Of a DNA stretch of 64,000 nt, positions 37,980 to 49,400 are shown in pieces. A program made the translations under genes and the position numbers. How positions within the stretch are numbered: position 1 is the stretch's first letter; each line of letters begins with the position of its first letter. The notes beneath the pieces are model-generated. The model worked only from the letters and a program-made list of their open reading frames with translations, made no database searches and was not told where the DNA came from. The stretch comes from Gemmatimonadaceae bacterium (GTDB taxonomy: Bacteria; Gemmatimonadota; Gemmatimonadetes; Gemmatimonadales; Gemmatimonadaceae), in the NCBI GenBank assembly GCA_044224875.1, contig JBGAJQ010000004.1:79226-143225 (forward strand), written 5' to 3'.

Positions 37980-39944
37980 ATGCGGTCTACCGGTCGTTTC
38001 GCCACCAGACTTTCTGCCATCTACATACTCGGCGCCGTCGTCGCGACAGGATGCGGCACTGATAATGGGACCGAATCACTACGAGAAAGTAGCCAAAGAT
38101 CGACGTGGATGTCTGACGGTGGGAGCGCGGATGTCGCGGCGGCATGTCGGCTCTGCGTCTTTGGCCCGCGGACGTTTGTACGCGGCACGGGCGCTCCCGA
38201 GGTCTCGCGCGCGTCGTTCTCGTCAATCCCCGGCCCAGGCTTCGTGGCTGCTGTGCGCGGCACCACGGGGCCGGGCGGGTTCGTCAGGCTGAACGGCGCG
38301 GTGTTGTTCTCGGACGCCTCGCCCGCTAACGACACCGTTCCGGTACTTCTGCTTGCGGCGAATACCATCGAGGTGATGCTGACGGGACCAGCGAAGTCCA
38401 CACTGTGGCTAGCCATTCGGGCGCGCAACGGACTGACTTTCGACGCCGCGACATTCAGCTCGTCGCCACTACTGGACATCGATGGGGCAGCGTTGCCGTA
38501 TGCCGCAACGCTGACGAATCATGGAGGTGTGGCTGGCCACGCGACGATGGTTCGAGCATGGATTGTTCAGGGAGCCGCCCAACGGGCGGCTGGGTCGGGA
38601 TTCGTCGATTGCGGTGGGGCGGCCGGTGACCTTCCGCCGGGTGTCTGCGTGTCGCCAGGCCACACGCTCTCGGCCAGCAACAGCACACCGGGGATCGGAA
38701 CATTGGTTCCTGGGGCGGCGGCGGCGCTGATGGAGGCACAAACCTTCGGGCCAGCCGGCACGAGCTTCGTCGACTCGCTCACCATTCCGGTCACCCTCAC
38801 GAGTTCCACCCCGCCGGCCGTCATCCGCGTGGACGTGAACCCGACGAGCTTTCACTTTGACAGCCCGGGTCTGGTGTCGCAGCTCACGGCGAACGTCACC
38901 GTGGTTGGCAATGCGCCTAAGACGGTCGCATGGAGCTCATCAAACCCTGTCGCGGTCGTCGTCGGCTCCAACGGTTCGACCACGAGCCTCTCGGCAGGGG
39001 CAGCCCTCGTCACGGCCGTCTCGACGTTCGATCCGACCAAGCGAGGGACGTCGCTGGTGACGGTGGTGTGGCCGCCAGTTCTCGGGGATGGTGTTCTCGT
39101 TGGGCCGGGAACGCCAACACTGGTCCCCGGGCAGCAAGTCCTGCTTGCGGCCCAGGTGGACGGCGTCTCGGATCACACGGCACGGTGGAGTTCGTCGAAC
39201 ACCCTGGTCGCGACAGTCAACTCGGTTGGTCAAGTTACCGCGATCGGTCCGGGGGCGGCCCTCATCAACGCGTCGTCCGTGGCCGATCCTGCCAAGAGTG
39301 GCACGTCACTGGTGTCGGTGGACGTGCTACCAGCGTACGGGAACGGAGTGAATGTCAGTCCGGGCGGGTTGCTCCTGGCGGTGGGCGGCCAGGCGCGATT
39401 AGCGGCGCAGGTGATCGGCGGGCCCAATCAAGTCGCCTGGACCTCATCGAACAGTGGTGTGGCGCCTGTGTCCTCGTTCGGCACGGTCACTGGCGTCATG
39501 CGCGGCCCGGCGACCATCACGGCCACCGCGGTGTCCGCCCCGGCCAACCAAGGATCGTCGTCGATCGAAGTCTACGACTTCAACCTGACGGCTCCGAACA
39601 CACCAACCGCGGTATCGACCGGAACAACACAGCCACCCGCGAACCCCGTGAGCACGTTGCTCGTGGCCGGTGCCTGCGGCTCGACCACGATCACCGTGCC
39701 CGGCGTCTCTCGCGTCGACTTCTACGCCAATGTGCTGGGCGCACCAGTGCTGATCGGGGCGACGAGCTCGTTCTTCGTCACGGACAACGGGCTCACACGC
39801 TGCTTCAACTGGAGCATGATGTGGACACCAGGGAGTGCGTTCGGCACGGGTCCACAAGCGCTCTTTGCCAGGGGATACGATGCGCACTCCCGTATGGTCG
39901 CGGTGACGCCGACAAACGGGTTCGTCACCATCACCGATCCGTAG
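37980..39944 (+). CDS. Lipoprotein with three Big_2 Ig-like domains
   Basis: Lipobox ATGC; three W(S/T)SSN...V..G...ITA repeats. Confidence 0.8.
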   Translation: MRSTGRFATRLSAIYILGAVVATGCGTDNGTESLRESSQRSTWMSDGGSADVAAACRLCVFGPRTFVRGTGAPEVSRASFSSIPGPGFVAAVRGTTGPGGFVRLNGAVLFSDASPANDTVPVLLLAANTIEVMLTGPAKSTLWLAIRARNGLTFDAATFSSSPLLDIDGAALPYAATLTNHGGVAGHATMVRAWIVQGAAQRAAGSGFVDCGGAAGDLPPGVCVSPGHTLSASNSTPGIGTLVPGAAAALMEAQTFGPAGTSFVDSLTIPVTLTSSTPPAVIRVDVNPTSFHFDSPGLVSQLTANVTVVGNAPKTVAWSSSNPVAVVVGSNGSTTSLSAGAALVTAVSTFDPTKRGTSLVTVVWPPVLGDGVLVGPGTPTLVPGQQVLLAAQVDGVSDHTARWSSSNTLVATVNSVGQVTAIGPGAALINASSVADPAKSGTSLVSVDVLPAYGNGVNVSPGGLLLAVGGQARLAAQVIGGPNQVAWTSSNSGVAPVSSFGTVTGVMRGPATITATAVSAPANQGSSSIEVYDFNLTAPNTPTAVSTGTTQPPANPVSTLLVAGACGSTTITVPGVSRVDFYANVLGAPVLIGATSSFFVTDNGLTRCFNWSMMWTPGSAFGTGPQALFARGYDAHSRMVAVTPTNGFVTITDP

Positions 39945-39969
39945 AGCTCTTCGCGAAGGAGCGGACCAT

Positions 39970-39997
39970 GCGCACGCGCCCTTAAGGGTGCGTGCGC
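39970..39997. terminator. Hairpin between convergent genes
   Basis: GCGCACGCGCCC-TTAA-GGGTGCGTGCGC. Confidence 0.55.
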
Positions 39998-40061
39998 TGC
40001 TCGCCGCCACTGATTCTCAGCGTCTGACTGGAACGGATAGGCGCGGCGTCGTTCGTACGAT

Positions 40062-41098
40062 CTAGGGGTCGCAGCTGGCGATCACCCAGCGCGCAGCGTG
40101 ATGCACGCCAGCCATGTTGAGTATCCCAACGACGCTCCCGCAGCGGTTGACTGCCGTCGCCAGACTCTCTGTCGTACCCGGCAGCGTCGGCAGGAGCACC
40201 AGCGCCCCACCACCAAAACCAGTCGCGGCAGCGTTTGTCGGCGATCGTCGCTGGCCGACGATGCGACCGGCGTCAGAGATGTCGAATGCCTGGCCCTCGA
40301 CGGGACGGCTCTGCATGCCACGCGACGGCGTCCACACGAACGGAGCCAGCGAGATCGTGGGCGTCGAGGCGATGCCAACGATCGTACCGGCGCTGTTGAT
40401 GCCGTACGCACTCGACCGGTACCCTCCAGGGACAGGCCAAGGTCGCTGAAGCCGTTCGACGCGGTCCAGCGCGCCGCGTGCACCTCACCATTCGCGAGTA
40501 CGACATCGCCGGCGATCACACCGGCCGCCGATACCGCCCGCGCGAACGTGTCGGTGTATGAGCTGCCGACGGGATGGATGTCGAGGAAGCCTCCGCTGTC
40601 GGTGTGCCGGAACGCGTGCCACCGATTGCCCTCGGCGCGCACGTACATGCCGACGATCTCCTCGGCGTTATTCACGTCGGTCGGGAACACGAAGGTGGCG
40701 CGGGGGATGGGGATCGTGTTAAAGCTGCCGGATCGCCACACGAACCCGAAGGACCCGCCAAGGATGGCGTTGGCCGCGCCGACGATCGTCCGTGCGTCAT
40801 TGATGCCGGTGGCCTCCGCCTCGACAGCTCCGGCGGGGAGTCCAAGATCCGTGCGCGTCGACCCGATCCAGAGTGCGGGATGTGGCCCACCCGACGACGG
40901 CGTGAGTATGCCCGCCACGTCACCGCCGGCGTTCAGGTCGCGCGCCTCTCCTGGCCCGAGATCCTCCACTACGAAGCGTACCTCGTCGATGCTCGACCCA
41001 AAGGTCGGATCGATCGCTTCAGTGGTGGTTGCTCGATCACGGCAGGCGACGCTCAGGGCGAGCAGCCCAAGCAGCGACGCCACGCTGAGGTTTCGCAC
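40062..41098 (-). pseudogene. HAF-repeat-like extracellular lipoprotein, frameshifted near 40430
   Basis: Lipobox SVAC; repeats ATGINDARTIVG, HAF, HAARW. After DLG the repeat pattern continues in another frame (SSAYGINSAGTIVG...ATAVNRCGSVVG) to the stop at 40062. Confidence 0.75.
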
Positions 41099-41161
41099 GG
41101 TCCCTCCCAGTCGAATGTTTGTGCCGGTTTCAGACGGACGTGACGCCGCGGTCGCTCAGGT

Positions 41162-41191
41162 ATGTCGGCAGTCTTGGCGGCGCCGACTCGT
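41162..41191 (+). promoter_or_regulatory. Candidate ECF-type promoter, second copy
   Basis: ATGTCGGCA-N15-ACTCGT. Confidence 0.3.
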
Positions 41192-41490
41192 GACGCAGAG
41201 CAACATCGGCCGCGCCGGCGGAGGAGGCAATCTGTCGCGTTGGCGCCGCGGTGTCGGCGCGGCTGCAGCCACATCCGTAGGGGGCTTGGGTGGCCGAGTT
41301 GGAACGGACTTAGCCCGTGTTAGGCGCGCTCGTCCGCTATTCCGATGTCCGGCAACAGGGCGTTCCCATGCCGAATTTCCTGACTGATTCACCAAGCCTT
41401 CCCTCCGAACGTTCTGTTGCGACCGCACGCTTCCGCGATGGTGGACCGGTGGGTCGTCGAGCGATCGCGTGTGTGAGCGAGGAGGATACG

Positions 41491-41964
41491 ATGAGGGGAT
41501 GGATCTTGCTCGCCATGTTTCCGGCGACGCTCGCTGGTACGGCCGCCGCGCAGCCGCTGGCTATAGGCGGTCGTGTGCGTATGCAGGCGATCGACAGTGC
41601 AGGCGTTGGCGCGCGCGTCGTCGTGGGGACTGTGCTGGCACTTCCGCCCGGCTACGTGACGTTGCAGCCGCACATCGGGCAGTCGTCGATCGACATTTCG
41701 CTCGGGAGCATCAGGCAGGTGGATGTGAGCCGTGGGTTCGGCAATCATCGCCGCGGTGGAATGCTCGTCGGTGGCCTGATCTCAGGCACGGCGTTCGTGG
41801 GACTTGCCTGTGCGTTCAGCAACGGCTCATGCTCGATTGGCGACAACGTCGGCGGCTTCGCCGCGTACTACGCGGTGGGGGCAATCCCTGGCGCGATCGT
41901 CGGGGGAATGATCGGCGCCTGCCGGCGGGGAGCGGAACGCTGGGAAACGGTGTGGAGGAGATAG
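41491..41964 (+). CDS. Hypothetical exported/membrane protein with glycine-zipper-like C-terminus
   Basis: RBS GAGGAGG; signal peptide; GAIPGAIVGGMIG...ERWE. Confidence 0.7.
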   Translation: MRGWILLAMFPATLAGTAAAQPLAIGGRVRMQAIDSAGVGARVVVGTVLALPPGYVTLQPHIGQSSIDISLGSIRQVDVSRGFGNHRRGGMLVGGLISGTAFVGLACAFSNGSCSIGDNVGGFAAYYAVGAIPGAIVGGMIGACRRGAERWETVWRR

Positions 41965-41980
41965 GGTCGCCGTAGGCTCG

Positions 41981-42976
41981 TCAGGCCGCTCCGCCGGTCA
42001 CGAGAATCTTTCCATCTCGCTCGCCAGCACTCGCCGCAGCCACCGCCTCGCGAATCTGCGCCACAGGGTACGTCGCGCGAACGCGAGCGCGCAACGTTCC
42101 TTCGGCCACCAGCTTCGTCAATTCGGCGTACAGCGCGCGTTGTGCCTCACGGCTTGCCTCACGGAACCACTTCACCAGCCAGAATCCCTTGAGCGTGAGG
42201 TCGCGGAAAATGAAATGAGTGGGCGCTACCCGGCACGCCTCACCGCTGAGGACGCCGTAGTTCACGAGGGTGGCTCCGTCGGCTTGGCACTGTGCCAGCC
42301 GCTCGGTCGCCGAGCCACTTACGGCGTCAATGCCCAGGCGAATCGGCGCTCCACCCGTGGCCTCGCGCACTTGCGAGGCGACGTCCTTGCCATCTGTCAG
42401 GACCACGTCGCCACCCTGAGCCTGCGCGACGTCGAGCGCTGACGCGCGCCGCACGAGGTTCACGGTCCGCAGCCCGCGCTGCTTCGCCAGCTGCATCACA
42501 TAGCCGCCCACGGCCGAATTGGCGGCATTCTGGACCACCCAGTCCCCGGGGTGGAGTGACACAAAGTCGCTCAGCATCAGCGACGCGGTCGGCGGGTTTA
42601 CGGTCAGCATCGACAGCTGCAAGGGATCGGCTCCCTCTGGGAGCGGCACCACATCCCGTACGTCGGCCACCACGTGCGTGACCCAGGTTCCTCGGCCGCG
42701 CGGCAGGAGCACCAATTGTCCGACCGGCAGGGCACTCACGCCCTCGCCGAGTGCCACGACGCGACCCACACCCTCGCTTCCGCCGATGGCTGGCAAGGGC
42801 GGCAGCACGCCGTATTCACCCGTCAGCATCAGCAGGTTCGACGGATTGATCGGAGAGGCCAGCATGGCGACGAGCACCTGCCCGGCGGCCGGCGGTTGCA
42901 GCTCGAGGGGCACGGCCCGGATCACGTCCTGCGGCGCAGGACCAAGGTGATCGTACTCGGCTTTCAGCATGGTCAT
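41981..42976 (-). CDS. MDR-family NADPH 2-enoyl thioester reductase-like oxidoreductase
   Basis: ASPINPS, GSEGVG, VNPPTA, QNAANSAVG, GFWL. Confidence 0.9.
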   Translation of the reverse strand: MTMLKAEYDHLGPAPQDVIRAVPLELQPPAAGQVLVAMLASPINPSNLLMLTGEYGVLPPLPAIGGSEGVGRVVALGEGVSALPVGQLVLLPRGRGTWVTHVVADVRDVVPLPEGADPLQLSMLTVNPPTASLMLSDFVSLHPGDWVVQNAANSAVGGYVMQLAKQRGLRTVNLVRRASALDVAQAQGGDVVLTDGKDVASQVREATGGAPIRLGIDAVSGSATERLAQCQADGATLVNYGVLSGEACRVAPTHFIFRDLTLKGFWLVKWFREASREAQRALYAELTKLVAEGTLRARVRATYPVAQIREAVAAASAGERDGKILVTGGAA

Positions 42977-43167
42977 TCTTGGGCCTCCGTCAGGCGCCTT
43001 GGTCGGTACAACCCATTCAGGTCATGTGCGGCGGTGGAGTCGAGCGCATGAGGTCGGTGACAGCAGCCGTGCCACGTCCGCCGCTCCAACCCAATCAGCC
43101 GCCAAGGGCACAGCCGCCCAGCCGGTCACCAGCTTTGGACTCACAGGGCAACGTAGAATAACTACCG

Positions 43168-45057
43168 CTAGGCGCCCAAAAGCTGCTTGACAGCTCGGTC
43201 GGCCTCGCGAATCGAGTTCCGGTGATCCATGGCGCCGGCGAGGTCCGTGTTCGCGAAGGCGATACGCCCGTGCGGGGCATTGCGCAGCACGTCTCTCGGT
43301 GCAGGCTTGCCATTCAACCCGAAGAAGAACCCGGGCTGGGGATTCACGTACGCGTGTCCCCATCGATTCAGGATGAGTCCGGCGATGTCGCGACGCGGAT
43401 CGAGCCCGCCGGGCGCAAACATGTCGGCAAGTTGCTGGCGCAACATGCGCTCATACTGGGCGAACGAAGTGCCGAGAAGTTCCGCGCGGCCGCGGCTTCC
43501 TTGCTCGGCGATCGGAAGTCCGGGCTTGGCGTAGAGGACCTTGATCGTCAAGACAGTGGGGGAGTCCGGGCTGATCGTTGGGCGTTCGCTGCCTAACGTT
43601 GCCATCCGCCGTACGGACAGGTAGTCGCCGAGTCCTCCGAACCACCGGCATCCCGTCAACCCCATCCGGTAAAGGAAGCGCCAGTTCGTGACCGCGACGT
43701 TCGCCATGAGGCACGGCGACCGATAGAACTGCTCATAAGCCTCGCGATGCGAGGGCGGCAGGTCACGTACAATCCGTTTGGCAGTCCAACTGCCGCCAGC
43801 CACCACGACGGCACGTGCCTTGACTCGGAGGAGGCGCCCACCTTTGAGGTACGTGACCAGGACGTGAGGTGCGGTGGCCGGATCGCCATCGTGCTCGACT
43901 CGCACGACCGTTGCGTTGAGCCGAATGCGCGTGCCCTGACCCGTACGATCGAGCGCCGCGAAATTCACCCGGCTCTCCCATACCGCGTCCACCGTGCGCG
44001 GGCCGGCGAAGGCTCCTGGGATGAGCGTCTTCACCATGAGCCGAGCGAACCCCGCATTGCCATCAGGGAACATCTGGTCGCCTAACGTGGCGTCACCATC
44101 AACAGGAAACTGTGTCTCGATGGCGTACGCGCAGTATCCAGACAGCGCGTCCGGTCCGAGTCCGTAGCCACCTCCCTCCACGGGGGACAAGAACTGACGT
44201 ACGGTTTCGCGACGGATCCCATGCCGCGCCATCAGGTGGTCCTCGAGGGTGATCGCGTCGAGCTGACGCGATACGGCATCGCCTTCCGTCTGTGGCCGAG
44301 GCCCTTCATCGTGCGAGGTGCGCCATCGCAGCAGGTCTGCTTTGGCCGCCTCGCCTAACGGTGCGCCCGCTAGGCTGCGTCCCCAGGGGTCCATCACCCA
44401 GACACCGGGCCGCGTCCCGAACTCCGAACCAAAGTAGAAGCCGTAGTGCTTCGGTTCCGCGTACGGGCTCTGGTCCAGCTGCATCTCCGGCTCTCGCCCA
44501 CCCCAGCGCTGATATTCGAACGCCGAGCGATCCATGCCGATCGTCTCGTAGAACTGGTCGGTGTAGCCGCCCTTCTTCGGTACCAGGAAGATCGCCGAGC
44601 CTTGGTGGGCGATGACGCGCTGTCCGGCGACGCGGAACTCGTTGCGTTTGGCCTCGCCACCGAAGATCGCGTGGTTGTCGAGGACCAGACAACGCCCGCC
44701 CTTGTACTTCTGGAAGAACACCGCCGCAGCGAGCCCGCTCAGGCCGCCGCCGACGGCCACAAGGTCGTACATCTCGCCGGTGTCCGTCGCGTCCGAACGC
44801 TCATACGCGCCGTCGCGCATGGCGTGTGCTGCGGTCATGACGTCGTACGTGTTGCCGTTCGATCGCGCGTAGTCACCCACGCCGCCGTAGCCATTCCACT
44901 CCTCAGCGGGTGAGGGAAGGAAGGGTAGGGAACCATTCGCGGCTACGCCCGCTCCGGCGACGAGCATGCCGTTGACGAAGTCTCGCCGCGAGATCGACTC
45001 GTCCATGCCGAGCCGATGGTCGCCGGGCCGGTGCTCGCGCTCGTTAGGCACGACCAC
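43168..45057 (-). CDS. FAD-dependent dehydrogenase, spermidine dehydrogenase (SpdH)-like
   Basis: LGMDESISRRDFVNG, VGGGLSGL, FGGEAKRNEF, FPDGNAGFAR, NRWGHAY, GRIAFANTD. Confidence 0.8.
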   Translation of the reverse strand: MVVPNEREHRPGDHRLGMDESISRRDFVNGMLVAGAGVAANGSLPFLPSPAEEWNGYGGVGDYARSNGNTYDVMTAAHAMRDGAYERSDATDTGEMYDLVAVGGGLSGLAAAVFFQKYKGGRCLVLDNHAIFGGEAKRNEFRVAGQRVIAHQGSAIFLVPKKGGYTDQFYETIGMDRSAFEYQRWGGREPEMQLDQSPYAEPKHYGFYFGSEFGTRPGVWVMDPWGRSLAGAPLGEAAKADLLRWRTSHDEGPRPQTEGDAVSRQLDAITLEDHLMARHGIRRETVRQFLSPVEGGGYGLGPDALSGYCAYAIETQFPVDGDATLGDQMFPDGNAGFARLMVKTLIPGAFAGPRTVDAVWESRVNFAALDRTGQGTRIRLNATVVRVEHDGDPATAPHVLVTYLKGGRLLRVKARAVVVAGGSWTAKRIVRDLPPSHREAYEQFYRSPCLMANVAVTNWRFLYRMGLTGCRWFGGLGDYLSVRRMATLGSERPTISPDSPTVLTIKVLYAKPGLPIAEQGSRGRAELLGTSFAQYERMLRQQLADMFAPGGLDPRRDIAGLILNRWGHAYVNPQPGFFFGLNGKPAPRDVLRNAPHGRIAFANTDLAGAMDHRNSIREADRAVKQLLGA

Positions 45058-45134
45058 TCGGCGTCGGCGTCCGCATGCCGATGGGCGGAGGCGTGTTGTT
45101 CATTTGGAATCCGCGCTGCAGCCGATGATCTGAA

Positions 45135-45171
45135 CGGCGAACGGCGGCGAAACGACAGCCGCCGTTCGCCG
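45135..45171 (-). terminator. Hairpin immediately downstream of the SusD-like gene
   Basis: CGGCGAACGGCGGC-(9 nt)-GCCGCCGTTCGCCG, 14-bp stem. Confidence 0.65.
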
Positions 45172-45178
45172 AAACGAA

Positions 45179-46435
45179 CTACGAACTCTTCTTCAGGGTC
45201 TGGTTGTTATCGAGTTCCGTGCGCGGGATTTGATAGCAGATCTGCGCACCGACGGAACCAAAGCCTGTGCGCCAGTAAGCACTGCCGGCCACCGGCACGA
45301 AACGAGAGGCGGCGGTCGGCTGCCGACGCCAGTCGGCCATCCGCTTTCCCTCGAGCCAGAAGTCGAAACCCTTCTGAAAGAACAACTCGGCCAGGACGGA
45401 CGCCGCGTCCGTTGCGCCTGCATACGGCTGCTGGCCGGCCGCGGCACGCTGCCGATTGATCAGCGTCAACTGATCGGCGGTGCTTCCAGACGCCTCCGCG
45501 GCGATATACTCGGCCTCGAGTTTGGACGCCAGTCGGATCGGCGCCCCGTATGAGGTCCACTTCTGCTGGACGATGAACGGCCCCGCGGCTTGGTCGACCG
45601 CCGTGAATCCGTGCGGCGGTAGCCGGAACGTCACACGCGGGTCGGTGGTCTGGTAATACGGCGGAACGCTGATCGTGCCGCGGTCCACCGTGAATCGCCA
45701 CATCGTGTTCGACAACCGGGCCCGATTCGCCAGGTCGTCGGTGAAGTTCATGTTGAAGTTGAAGCCGGCGGGAACGGAGTTGGCATCGGACATAGCCCCG
45801 GCCTTGTCGCCTTTCTGCAGCTTGGCGCGTGCCCGCCCGACGAGCGCGACGCGTGCCAACGTGAGCCCATCGGCCGAGGCGTTCGCCGTGCCGACGTCCA
45901 CCGCCTTGTTGAACCAGAAGATCGCCGAGTCCAGCAGTTGCGTCGTATTGAGCTCCGGTCCCGAGTTGATCGTACCGGCGCAGAAGTCGAACGCGATGTA
46001 CATGATCGCGTACGCGCGAAAGACCGCCGCGCGGGCGACGTTGATGTTGGTCGTCGGGTTCGGGAGGTTGAGATCGAGCAGGATCTTCCCGGACGCCACC
46101 GCCAGCTGTAAGCCGGCCCAGCGGGCAGCCAGCGTGGGATTGTCGACGGACACCTCCCGCTTGCCAAACTCGTTCTGGCTGGAGCTGGTCTCGATGATGT
46201 ACGTCTCGCCGGTGAAGTGCGACTCGAACATCGCGGTGGTTCCAAGCTCCGTGACCAGGTTTTGCTGCACGGTGGCGGCCAGCGAGCCGGCGACGGCCGC
46301 GGGGTCTACTGTGCCCGCATCGATCACGTTGGGGTTGGTGACCTCGAGGAACTTGTCTCCGCAGGCGGTGGCACCCATCACCAGCAGGGCGCCGGCCACC
46401 ACGCGCGAGATCGCAGGTCGGATGTGGATGGACAT
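45179..46435 (-). CDS. RagB/SusD-family outer-membrane lipoprotein
   Basis: Lipobox ATAC, LEVTNPN, IAAEA, FWLEGKRMADWRR, IPRTELDNN. Confidence 0.85.
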   Translation of the reverse strand: MSIHIRPAISRVVAGALLVMGATACGDKFLEVTNPNVIDAGTVDPAAVAGSLAATVQQNLVTELGTTAMFESHFTGETYIIETSSSQNEFGKREVSVDNPTLAARWAGLQLAVASGKILLDLNLPNPTTNINVARAAVFRAYAIMYIAFDFCAGTINSGPELNTTQLLDSAIFWFNKAVDVGTANASADGLTLARVALVGRARAKLQKGDKAGAMSDANSVPAGFNFNMNFTDDLANRARLSNTMWRFTVDRGTISVPPYYQTTDPRVTFRLPPHGFTAVDQAAGPFIVQQKWTSYGAPIRLASKLEAEYIAAEASGSTADQLTLINRQRAAAGQQPYAGATDAASVLAELFFQKGFDFWLEGKRMADWRRQPTAASRFVPVAGSAYWRTGFGSVGAQICYQIPRTELDNNQTLKKSS

Positions 46436-46451
46436 GGTCTCCTCTCGCGCG

Positions 46452-49400
46452 TTAGAAGGTGAGGTCGAAGCGGAGCAGCATACGCTTCGGCGTTGGAAGG
46501 GTGAAGAAGTCCGCACGTGAGAAGTTGCCGCTGTCGGTGACCACTTCCGGGTCGGGACCTTCATAGTCCGTCCAGAGCCCAAGGTTCTGCATGCCGAACT
46601 GGATCGTCGCGCCCTGCGTCAGGCCCCAGAGCTTGTCGAGATATCGCTTGGGCACGTTGTACGTTACCGAGAGTTCGCGGAAGCGTATGAAGTCGCCGGG
46701 TTGCTCCCACGCTTCATACACGTCGTTCTGTGTGGCCACGGCGCCTGAAACGGTGACGAAAGCCGGCTGGCCCGGCGTGTCGTTTCCGTACCGACGCAAC
46801 CGCTCGCGACGCGACAGCTTGGTCGGGTCCAGGCGGTTGGACGACCGAACGAGCTGCGTCTCGCGGTAGAAGTCCGTGAAGTTGTCGGTGATGAAGTCCC
46901 GCTTGGCATCGACCAAGGCCGTCACACGCAGGGCGCGGAAGATCGTGAACGTGTTGGAGATGTTCCACTCCAGCGTCGGATACAAGTTGCCGATCGGCGA
47001 CACGGTATCGGCTACCACGACCTTGCCCGTCGTTTCATCAATCGACTGGATCTTCTTGGACACGTACACGCCGAGCTGCTGCCCCAGCATCGCACGGGTG
47101 TGACTGAAGCTCCCGCCAGGTGCAAATGCGGCGACGCCGCCGAGGTCGGTCAACTCGTTATGGAGTGTGTTGGCGGCCAGGCGAAGATCCCAGCCGACGT
47201 TTCGCAGCTGCACCAGGGCCGCGTTGACGCCGACTTCGAAGCCGCTGTTCTCCACGGTGCCAATGTTCTGCAGTGGGTTGGCGAGCGTTCCCAGCTGCGT
47301 GTAGCCCAGGGACGGCGCGATTGGCTTGGCGATGATCAAGTCCTTCGTGACCTTCTTGTAGAAAGTCAGCTCGGTGCTGATCCGGTCATTCCAGAAGCCA
47401 GCATCCATGCCCACTTCGTACTCCGTGCCTCGCTCGGGCTTCAAGTTCTCGTTCCCGGGGTTGCCGGGATTGGCGCCGTTGAGCGTGGTACCAACGATGT
47501 TGTACGGAGCCGCCGCGAGGATGTTGAGCGCCGCTCCGGGCGCCGGCGATCGACCCGTCGTTCCCCACGCCGCTCGGAGCCGCAGGCTGTTCACCTTGTC
47601 CGTCAAGCCCTTGAAGAAGGGCTCATCGGACACGGTCCACGACGCGCCGAACTTGGGTAGCACGAAGGAAGGCGCGTTGCCACCGAACGCCGAGTTCTTG
47701 TCGACGCGCACCGCCGCCTGGAGGAAGAGCCGATTCTCCCATCCCACCTGCAACTGGCTCAGGTAGCCGAACTGTTTCTGTTGCGTCTGCTGGCTGCCGC
47801 CCGTGGTCGTTGCGGCTGACGTAACCGAGTTGTTGGCATTCGTGACAAAACCGATGCCGAGCGAGTTGGTCAGCGTGTTTCGGGTCGATACGACCTGCAG
47901 ACCGGCCGACAGGTTGGTCTCCCACTGCTGTCGGGCGCCAAACAACTTCTTGGCGTTGCCCAGATAGTCGAAGGTGTACCGCTCGGCGCCGCGTGCCTGA
48001 CGATTCATGCGGCCAAGGTCGGTCTGACCGCCGTACCAGGTGCTGTCATTGCGTGGATTGAACTCGAACTGCTCGTCGGCCGCGTAGTCCGTGCCCACCG
48101 TGACGCGGTTGTTGAACCACGAGTAGGGGAGATACGTCGCCGTGATGTTGCTGGTGACCCGGTGCGTGAGGAGCTGGTTCTGGATGCTCTTGATGGCGTT
48201 CGAGTGGCGGTTGAACCCGAACCATCCGTCCGCGCTGTTGGCCGGATTGTCGGAACGCGTCAGCGGTGAGCCAAGGAGCGCGCCGGCGATCCAGCCGTAC
48301 AGGGAGTTGTCGAGGTTTGGAAGCCGTGTCTTGTTCTGTGCCAGTCCCAGGCCAATGTCCACCGTCAGTCGCGAATCGGGAACGAAGTTGAAGTTCGTCC
48401 GGACGTTGTACTTGTCGTTGGCATTGTTAGGCAGCGTGCCGTCGGCCTTTGTGGCACCGGCCGACAGGTTGTATCCGAAGCTCTGGCCGCCGCCGCGCCC
48501 GTTCCAGCTGAGTGTGAGGTCGTGCCCGGTGTCGACTACCGGATAGCGACGCCAGACGTTGTCATGCACGAGCGTGCCGACCGCTTGGCCACGACAGAGT
48601 GGGTTGGTGCTCGTTGCGGCAACCAGCGCCGCGGTGCAGATGCCGTAGCTGTCGTCTGGGTAGAAGTTCTGGTCGACCGTCCCGAACTCGGCGCGCAGCG
48701 ACTGCTGGAAGCGATTGGCTCCCGGACGTCCTTTCTTGGTGATGATCTGGATGACGCCCGCGGATGCGTCGGCGCCATACAACGTGGCCGCGGCGGGACC
48801 CTTTACGACCTCGACGCTTTCGATCTCGTCGGGATTCAGGTCATTCATGCGATCGTACGACTGACCCGAGACGTTGCCGTTGATCGCCCCTTCATTGATA
48901 CGAACGCCGTCGATGAAGAGTAGCGGTTGGTTCGACAGGTTGATCGACGCGGCACCCCGGATACGGATCGTCTTCGCGGTCCCAATCACCCCCGAGTTGG
49001 CGCTGACGGCCACGCTGGGGATGCGGGACTGAAGGAGTTCACCGACGTTCTTCACCGGCGCTTCCTTCACGAGTTGGGGAACCGTCAACGATGCGACCTG
49101 CGCCGACTGCGCACGTCGCTCCTGGTTGCCCGCGGTCCCCGTGACCACGACCTCCGAGAGCGAGACCAGCGACTGCGTGAGCGAGAAGTTCACGGTGTGC
49201 GTCTGCCCTGCCACCGCGCGCAGGGTATCGCCGGCCGCCTTGTAGCCCAGGCGGAAGGTCTGCATGGTCACGCGGCCGGGCCGAACGTTGGTGAGTCGGT
49301 AGTCGCCGGCGGCATTTGTCTGCGTCGCCAAGGCGGTTCCGGCGATCGCAACTCGGACTTCGGCGAGCGGCGCCTTTGTTGAGGCGTCCGTCACCTTTCC

